A stretch of 64,000 bases of DNA, taken from contig CM074818.1 in the NCBI GenBank assembly GCA_037447605.1, positions 1,004,617 to 1,068,616 of the forward strand. The letters are read 5' to 3'. A program made the position numbers and the translations under genes. Each line of letters opens with the position of its first letter. The first letter of the stretch is position 1. The DNA is from Zygnema circumcarinatum SAG 698-1b. Taxonomy: Eukaryota > Plantae > Zygnematophyceae. Under the pieces are notes generated by a model. The model was not told the origin of the DNA, ran no database searches, and was given only the letters and a program-made list of their open reading frames with translations. Shown piece after piece: positions 56,489 through 64,000 of the stretch.

Positions 56489-56555
56489 TCGTGGTTCCCT
56501 ATGCTGAATTTGTCCATGTACATGTATTTGATGGCATCGCCATCGTGAGATCAAT
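56489..56555. repeat. Dispersed ~70-bp repeat, copy 1 (copy 2 at 59136-59218)
   Basis: tcgtggttccc(t/)(a/g)tgctga(a)tttgtccatgtaca...tttgatggcatc...gccatcgtgag is shared in the same orientation. Confidence 0.8.
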
Positions 56556-57712
56556 GCCTCATTATTCTTTGAAAGGGACTCGTCCCTGCCGGGGGATATG
56601 CGAAGCTCGCAGGATAAATCACGACCTGGACATAACCATGATTGTTATGATAATTTAGATATGATTAAGAAACAATCACTGATTTTTTTAGTTCAAAAAG
56701 TCAACTGCCTTTAACTTCATTATTGTAGATCTTGTTGTTTTATCTTGTACAAGCGCCATACTTTTGTGATGTCTGGTACTTCCTGAACAGTAGCTGTAGG
56801 TTCACCTTGTGTAAGGGAGAGCTCAACCACAGAAATCGACGTATATCTCAACACCGCTCAAGTAGCGGCAAAAGTCTATAAACTTGCATAGCTGTCCAGT
56901 GCTCACTGTGACCCTATCTTTCCCAGCAGATAGCAATTGAGGGACTGACTTCAACTGCAAAAGCCAATTTTCAAGTGAGGTCGAGATAAGCTTCGCAGAA
57001 ACGAAGTTCATCGAAAGATAGAGCAGTAAGGAACAAATACTGCGAAAGCCAAGTCGCCAGCATTCCATTGCTTGCAATTACATGAAATGAACAAATGCCC
57101 AGAGCATGCACTTTTTTCCGGCAAGCAGCTTCCAAAATTCGAGGATCACAACTTCTCAACTTTCGGAAAGGCTGAGTTTTGCATCGATGTTGGGGTTCAG
57201 AAAAGCATATTATTATCTTCCTGCCTTTGGCTCCCTGCAAGAAAGGAGCTTAATTTCTTCCGGAATCATATTCCCACATGCTGCAAAGGAGCACCTTGAC
57301 TACGCTCTGTCGGCACAAATTCACTCCGCCACAGACAGACATATTTGCTTGCTTTCAAGATCTGAAACTTATGCACAGATTCTCTCTTTCTCTCTTTACC
57401 CATAGCCGAAGAGTACCCTATCAGCCACCTTAATCCACCTATACCTCCAAATGACGAGATTCACTGCTTCCAAGATTAAACCGCTGCGTCTACATAACTC
57501 TGTTCTCTATCCACAATGCCACATCTCAGAAGCTGAAGTGAGCTTGAATCGTTTGAATCGTCTGAATCTGGCCATGCATGCAAAGCCCTAGCAAATGTAC
57601 GCCTCTGCAGCAATATCTGCAATTTTAATTCTCGAGTTTGCCCGGAAGCTCTGCAGGCTGCTGCTGTATGACAGCGAATGAAAGAAGAAGCTCTCGGAAT
57701 TGACCCCCTCCC

Positions 57713-58333
57713 CTACTCAAGCACACAAGTCGCTCCGACTTCCTTCAATTTGGCGACGATAGCTTCAGCCTCCTCCTTGGTCGCGCCCTTCTTAATCACT
57801 ACAGGAGCCTGCTCCACCATCTCCTTCGACTCCTTTAATCCAAGAGCTGAAATCGCCCTCACTTCCTTAATAACCTTTAACTTGGCAGTGGCGTCGAATT
57901 TTTCAAGCTTCACATCGAATTGAGTCTTCTCCTCCTTCTTCTCCTCCGCGGGAGCCCCACCGCCCCCTCCCATGCCGCCCTGCGGCATCATGGGCATGGC
58001 CCCCATCATGGGCATGCCCATGGGCATGTCCGGCATGCCCAGCCGCTTCCGCAAGAGCACCGTCAAATCAGAGACTTCGAGCAGTGTGAGCTGCGATATT
58101 TCGTCTACTAATCTTAGCACCTTTTCTGAGGGAGGGGTTCTCTGCTCGGAGGGGTCGTGAGCTGCTTCAGGCATCCCTAACCTGAAGGCAGAGTGATGCA
58201 AGTGAGATGATTTTATGCCACATTTCGGAGGAATGCAGCCACTGAATGGCTCAAACAGAGCCGCCCGCCTCCGCCTGCAGTAGTGTCTGGCTGCCAGTCT
58301 CGAGCCTGCAAGGGCAGAGTGCAGGAGATTCAT
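57713..58333 (-). CDS. RPL12: Mitochondrial ribosomal protein bL12m (L7/L12), intronless, 206 aa
   Basis: Arg-rich transit-like N-terminus; KVLRLVDEISQLTLLEVSDL (L12 N-domain); EKTQFDVKLEKFDATAKLKVIKEVRAISALGLKESKEMVEQAP (L12 C-domain). Confidence 0.93.
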   Translation of the reverse strand: MNLLHSALAGSRLAARHYCRRRRAALFEPFSGCIPPKCGIKSSHLHHSAFRLGMPEAAHDPSEQRTPPSEKVLRLVDEISQLTLLEVSDLTVLLRKRLGMPDMPMGMPMMGAMPMMPQGGMGGGGGAPAEEKKEEKTQFDVKLEKFDATAKLKVIKEVRAISALGLKESKEMVEQAPVVIKKGATKEEAEAIVAKLKEVGATCVLE

Positions 58334-58969
58334 ACTAATTCACCTGTCTGCTAACCCTAACAGCCTTGAAAAACCCCAAAAAAGCAGTAACGAATCCTCA
58401 CAAACACTAGTGAACCCTAAAACCCTACAGCAATGGCTTCCAGGCTCCTCCAGCGCTGCAGCTCCTCCAAAAACCCCGCAAAATCCTCAGTTCCCTCTCA
58501 GCGGCACCGCCATGGATTGCCTCTTAGCGGCTCAGCGTAGGAGAAGTTCGCGGATGCGCGGCAATGGCGTCTTCTTCCCCTTGCGGCCGCAAACAATGGC
58601 GCCACAGTGGGGAAGAGAACTGCAGGGCAGGGAGCGCTGCAGGCACGCAAGCAGGCAGGCGGCCCCGAACCCTGCCCGAACCCTCCTTGGGGATCCACTT
58701 TTTCCATGAACCACTATTTTTTAGGTTCAAGACTCGGATCAACTTTGGCTGCGTCGGTTGAGAAGTTGTGGTGGATCTGGATCCTCCGACCGAGTACGGT
58801 AGAAAATGGTGGATTTTAGAATCCACTGAAAAGTTCAACCGAAATATTCATGGATTGCGATGGGAAAAACATTTGAATTGTTTTTGGCCATTTTGACCCC
58901 TGGAGCGGTGGATCTTCGGATCCAGCCAGGCGAGATGGCGGCGGAGCAGGTTCAACATGCCCTCGTCGT

Positions 58970-59485
58970 CCGTTGGAATGACACGAAAAATGATTTTCCC
59001 GTTGCACAGAAATTTCCCGCATGTAGATCGGCGCTTCGATGCCCTTAAAGTCATCCAACGGCAGAAATGTAAAGCGCTATCATCCAACGGCTCATGTGCA
59101 TCCATGGAATAATGGGCCTCCTTGGGCCCAGTTACTCGTGGTTCCCGTGCTGATTTTGTCCATGTACATTTGATGGCATCATCGCCATCGTGAGTGGCCT
59201 TGCCATCGTGAGTTCAATCAAACACCCCCCTTTCTGTGAGGTCAATGTCACTTCATTTTCCTATCCATTGAGTTGATGTATGAAACTATGGACGATGTTG
59301 TTGGCTGTTGAGCCTCCGCATCATCTGACGGCGTAGAATTGCCCTCTAGATCCAACGGATTCGATGCATCTATCTCATCGAAGGGCCCAGCGGACACCAT
59401 AGTCAACGAATCTACGGCCCAAAATCGCCTCCTTTGCGGCTATATCCGACGACAACATGGTCCATTGCATTTCCTATCCAACGGT
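58970..59485. promoter_or_regulatory. Cluster of five TCCAACGG (MSA-like AACGG) motifs in the divergent bL12m/ALG2 intergenic region
   Basis: CCGTTGGA at 58970; ATCCAACGG at 59053, 59082, 59350 and 59476. Confidence 0.4.
59136..59218. repeat. Dispersed ~70-bp repeat, copy 2 (copy 1 at 56489-56555)
   Basis: Same core as 56489-56555 with an internal duplication of GCCATCGTGAG; preceded by TGGGCC/GGCCCA site-II-like motifs at 59113-59130. Confidence 0.8.
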
Positions 59486-59925
59486 TCAAATGCCGAACAC
59501 GTCTGCCACGTCAGCACTCTCTCACGCGGATAACGAGCCTCTTATTGGCTGCACGTTTTCGGACATTTCACCAGTGCTTGCCAGCTGGCGAGGCGTGCCA
59601 CCGTGGCGATGACGTGGCTGCCACGTGACGGCCCCTTGCTTCGGCTCTTTTGGGGCCGGGCGCTCCACTCGTTGAAGGTACTTCCTTGTTAGGAAGTAGC
59701 GAATGAGGGATTGCCACGTGGAATTTATCGATGGCATGGCACGTTGTGATTGGCCCATGGCCGTCCTATTTTGGTGCCACCCCCTGAAGAGGGGAGCTGC
59801 TGTTAGAAGTCTTTTTTTTTCAGGGCTTTCTTTTTTTCTCTCGCTATTAGAGCCTTCCCTTTGGAGGATTTAGGGCAAATGTGAGCTCCTGGCAAGGGCA
59901 TACAGTGAGGGCTTCTGTGAGATCA

Positions 59926-62900
59926 ATGGCTGCGCTGAATGGCGTTTTCGCTTCTCCGAGGCGTCTGAAGGTTGCCATTTGTCATCCAGATTTAGGGATC
60001 GGTGAGTTCAAGCAGGATCTTGTTTCTGCGTTTTGGTGCGTTTTGAGTGAGAATCATTAGGTCGATATATTTACCAATCAATACTTGCTGCAAGAGTTGC
60101 TTATCTGCCGCAGAATAAAATTGTTCAGGAACAGATACATCAATTCGCATCTTTTGCCAGGTCTTTCTTTTTTATTTCTAACATTCATGTAGTTTGTATG
60201 CGGTTTTTCCGGTAACTTTTTTCATTTCTACTGTACATTTTCAGCAGGCTGTGCTTTCTGTAATCAGTTTGCCTTCATCTTGTAAAAAAATTGTAAATTG
60301 GTTCCAAAAGGTAGGCAATATAGACATGGATGAATCCCCTAAGAAAATTTTAACTTAGAATTTAATTCCGGAGGTGGGAAACTTGCTCTTGGTACTTGGT
60401 TCAGATATTCTGATTCGGTTTCATTACACTCTTGCTGCATTTCTTGTTTTTTTTTTTATTTTTTTTTCTCTTCCAACCAGCGTGTCACCTTTTGAGTGAG
60501 CAGTTGAATTTCCACAGGCACTTTTTCAACAGCCGTCCCCTATACGTCATATTTACATCTCAGCTGCTCTAATCAGCCGTAAACACGTATTGCAAAAACT
60601 ATTCTTTTTCCCCTTTCCGTGTTTACATAATTAGGCGGAGCTGAGCGGCTCATAGTCGACGCGGCTCTCGAACTGAAGGAGAGAGGTCATGAGGTGCACA
60701 TCTTCACAGCGCATCACGATAAGACACGCTGCTTCAAGGAAACTATCGATGGTGAGAATTAGTGGAGGAAAGCGGTAGGGGAGAGTGGGAGGGGTGAGGA
60801 GGCGGAAGGTGAGGGAGAGGGGCAGATGACGAGAGAGAGGGAGACGGAGAAGGGAAGGAAGGTCGGGCGATGACAAGATCAAGTGAGAGGGAAAAAGAGA
60901 GAGGAGTCGGAGGGGTGAGGGGAGGGAGATGGAAAAGGAGAGAGGGAGGTGAAGAGATAGGGGAAAGGAGAGGCGTGGGTTGAGAGATCAATTGAGAGGG
61001 AACGAGAGAGAGGAGTGGTAGGGGGGAGGGGGGTGTGGTGTGGTGGGGGAGGGAGGGAGAGAGAGAAGGGGAGGTAAAGAGATAGAGGGAGGAAGAAAGG
61101 AGGAGCGGGGGATGAAAAAATCAAGAGAGGATCTTTGTGCAGGAAAATTCGATATGTCCTGAATGGCTTGTTCTTGTCCAGGGAGAAATTTAAGTTGCAT
61201 GCGGTCTATGCTGGGTTCGGGATTACGAAGATTCAGTCAGTTAAACAAGAATCGGAGTAAAGCTTTGTTTTGACCGGACTCTTAATGGATTTTACTCAGA
61301 CTCTCACTATGTTACACTGTACATGACGGAGGTGAAGAGTCCTTGCCTGGAAAACTAGTTTGTATCTAAACTCCCCAAGAAATCTTAAAGAATCGTCCGA
61401 ATCTTGAATAAAGCTTGGTTGACTTAAGAGAGTAACAAATTCCCAACGTCTGCATTTTTGCTTTTGTGCTGCAGGTAGTCTACCAATTACTGTGTACGGA
61501 GATTTTCTACCTCGCCACATATTCTATCGTTTCCATGCAGTCTGCGCATACATACGCTGTATATGCGTAGCACTTGGAATTACTCTTTTCTGGCCTCCCT
61601 TTGACGTTGTGCTTGCAGACCAAGTCTCAGCGGTTATACCAATTTTCCACTTGAATCCATGCACGAAGGTGGGAAATATAGCCGGATAGCCGGCTGGTAT
61701 ATGGAGCTTTCTGCTCATCTTGCGTGGCTCCCTGGGAGGCGTGATAGTGAAGTTATGAGGACCTTCTTATGTGAAGGTTCAACGAAATGTATCAATTGTA
61801 ACGCAATTCTCTGTGCACTTGGAAATACAGAGACAGACAAAGACTGCGAGAGGGACAGTGATAGAGACAGAGACACGCACAGAGACAGAGACAGAGAAAT
61901 GCACAGAGACAGGGGAGGCCGGGGAGAGGACGGGAGGGGCGGGGATGGGAGGGGAAATGGAATTGAAAGTGTCCTACAGTTTTCATAGGGTCGCAGGTTG
62001 GTGAAGTTCCATTTTTATGGACAATACTTTCTATGAGAAATGATGAGGAACTGTAATTCGCTCTCAGATTGAAAAGCCCACCTTGTCAATGTAGTTGATA
62101 CCTTCTGTTCATTAGTAGACCCGAGGCCTTGCCCGAGTCAGTCTTTGTGCTTTTAGCTTATTTTCGATTCTGGTGTATATCCACCATGGTGGAGATTGCA
62201 GAGTTGAGTACAAATTGGGAATTGTTGCAGGTGCTGTTTTATTGCCATTTTCCGGACCTCTTATTGGCCAAGAGAACCTCATTGCTCCGCCAGCTTTATC
62301 GACGCCCTATCGACGCGCTGGAGGAGGCCACTACTGGTGCGGTTCCATAATCCACTCAATCAGCAAGAGGTTGGAAGAGAGGGAGGGAAAGACAAAGAGA
62401 GAGAGAGGTTGTCTTTCCTTTTTTAGTTTCCTGTTCTGATCGCCTTTTCTCAACCAATTCAATGCAACCATCCCTACAACTCTATCCCATGCTTTTTGTT
62501 AGTAGTTTTTCTGAAATTCTGGAATTGAAAGACTAAGGTACTTTTTCAGAAATCTGAACGTCGGAGGCTAAATTCCAACAAAGCGGGCTTTTGTGCAGGT
62601 ATGGCGGATGCAATAGTTGTTAATAGTGAATACACAGCTGCTACATTCGCATCAACCTTTCAAAACCTTTCAAGGAGCCAAAGCTTAACTCCACGAGTGC
62701 TTTATCCCGCTGTCAATACTCTTCTTAATGAAGGGAGCCTCTCAAGGAGAGCTTCAATCGATAAAAGGAAACCTCAGGAGGTGGCGGGAATCCCCGGGCT
62801 CTCTCCAGACAAGTGAGTTTCCCATCTCTGGTAATTTTATTTTCATCTCTTTTTGCTCTTAATTTGATTATTCCAATTGTTTCAAAGACTAGTGGGGTAG

Positions 62901-64000
62901 TGCAGGTGCCTAAGCAAGCCTTGACGCGAAACTTTCTGAAAAATTGGAATTTGGCCAATTTGGGGGATTATGAGGGATGGACATCTATCTTCTAAGTTCC
63001 ATAGGTAGACAGAATGATAGTTGTTTGGTAGCAGGGTACGTTTTTGCGAGTGTTGCTATTGAAATGAAGTACCCACAGAGCTCAAAACTAACCCTATGCA
63101 CTTAAGCTGCAGACGCTTCTTTCTGTCCATCAATCGTTTCGAGCGCAAGAAAAATATCGCATTGGCTATTCGTGCATTTGCACGTCTGCTGCAGAAACAC
63201 CGCCAAGGCTCAGCTGATGTTGGCAAGGAGAGGAAATTAGACGTTGGTGCTTTAAAGTTGGTAATCGCAGGTATGTCTTATGCAAGCAGCCCATTTAGAT
63301 GTCTTCATTGGCATATTGTAATCGAATTTTGTGACTTTCAGGGTTTCGTTTTCCTAGACAAGCTCGTTCAGAGGTCTTTATCAGTGAGACAGTTTCGGCT
63401 TTTGTGGATTAGGGATTTTATTGCCCTGCCATGGGTCAGTAAATGTAGTTTCTCACAAGGATAGTGTTGAGTACATGTCATCTGTAAGCAGTTTCCAGCA
63501 TTTTACAAGGTGTGTAAAGGGGGGAACAGGAGGGTATGATGCACGCCTGAAAGAGAATCGAGAGTATTTGGAGGAACTGAAGGCTCTCGCCCAACTGGAG
63601 GGGCTCTCAGAGTCTCTCGTTTTTGTGCTCTCATTCAGCGACGATCAGAAAGCAGCTCTCCTTGGAGCCTGTATCTGCGTTATCTACACTCCAGAGGTCT
63701 GCCGCTTATCTCTTCTCTTCCCTCAAATGCTGTTTGATATCAGTGAACGATCGTATCTTGCAGCTCTCTAAATACCTTTAAGCGGCTATTGAACCATTTT
63801 CCAATCTCACCCTCAGTCTTTCATTTTGCTGTTTCTTTGATGGGCTCTAGAATGAACATTTTGGGATCGTGCCCTTGGAAGCCATGGCTGCTCGGAAGCC
63901 CGTCATTGCATGCAACAGTGGTGGCCCCAAGGAGAGCATTCAACACACCTCCACAGGGTTCCTCTGTGAACCTTCTCCCCAAAGCTTTGCTGCCGCCATG
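59926..64000 (+). CDS. ALG2: Alpha-1,3/1,6-mannosyltransferase ALG2 (GT4), 3' end outside the window
   Basis: Exons 59926-60001, 60635-60751, 61475-61668, 62231-62336, 62599-62812, 63113-63270, 63530-63696, 63851->64000. Motifs [55 protein letters not shown] and [26 protein letters not shown]. Confidence 0.96.

Noticed and set aside
34296-58333. Functional cluster of mitoribosomal genes (uS5m, bL12m)
   Set aside because: They are 20 kb apart and separated by unrelated genes; two such genes in a gene-dense window is compatible with chance.
28819-58333. Bacterial horizontal transfer of the intronless genes (esterases, bL12m)
   Set aside because: They carry eukaryotic targeting sequences and plant-type motifs (SOBER1-like lid, mitochondrial transit peptide); intron loss or retroposition is simpler.

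Overview
Eukaryotic nuclear DNA from the green-plant (streptophyte) lineage. It is intron-rich and gene-dense, with introns full of CT/GA low-complexity tracts; a streptophyte alga such as a zygnematophyte is plausible (inference, not provable here). Four 10-N scaffold gaps (130-139, 1421-1430, 8989-8998, 35720-35729) all sit in low-complexity tracts. Eleven protein-coding genes were reconstructed by hand. In order: a PB1-domain protein (probably a B4 Raf-like kinase N-terminus, cut by a gap), DEAD-box helicase DBP9/DDX56, AIR9, an intronless membrane-anchored double-domain SOBER1/TIPSY1-like carboxylesterase, gluconokinase, mitoribosomal uS5m, an unrecognised 4-exon gene, a second intronless SOBER1-like esterase, AP-1/2 beta-adaptin, mitoribosomal bL12m, and ALG2 (runs off the right edge). 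The 42.6-48.3 kb interval is accessory: a decayed PIF/Harbinger transposase, a 33-bp hairpin-bearing minisatellite and possible tyrosine-recombinase fragments. No rRNA, intact tRNA or CRISPR array was found. Three observations stand out. (1) The esterase pair has signal anchors predicted to face opposite sides of the membrane, and one gene fuses an active domain to a Ser-to-Gly pseudo-enzyme domain. (2) A ~60-unit (TTAGGG)n array probably lies inside a 5'UTR intron of the second esterase. (3) Promoters carry very dense GTAC/CCGTAC, G-box and palindrome clusters. Most short ORFs in the supplied track are microsatellite artefacts.
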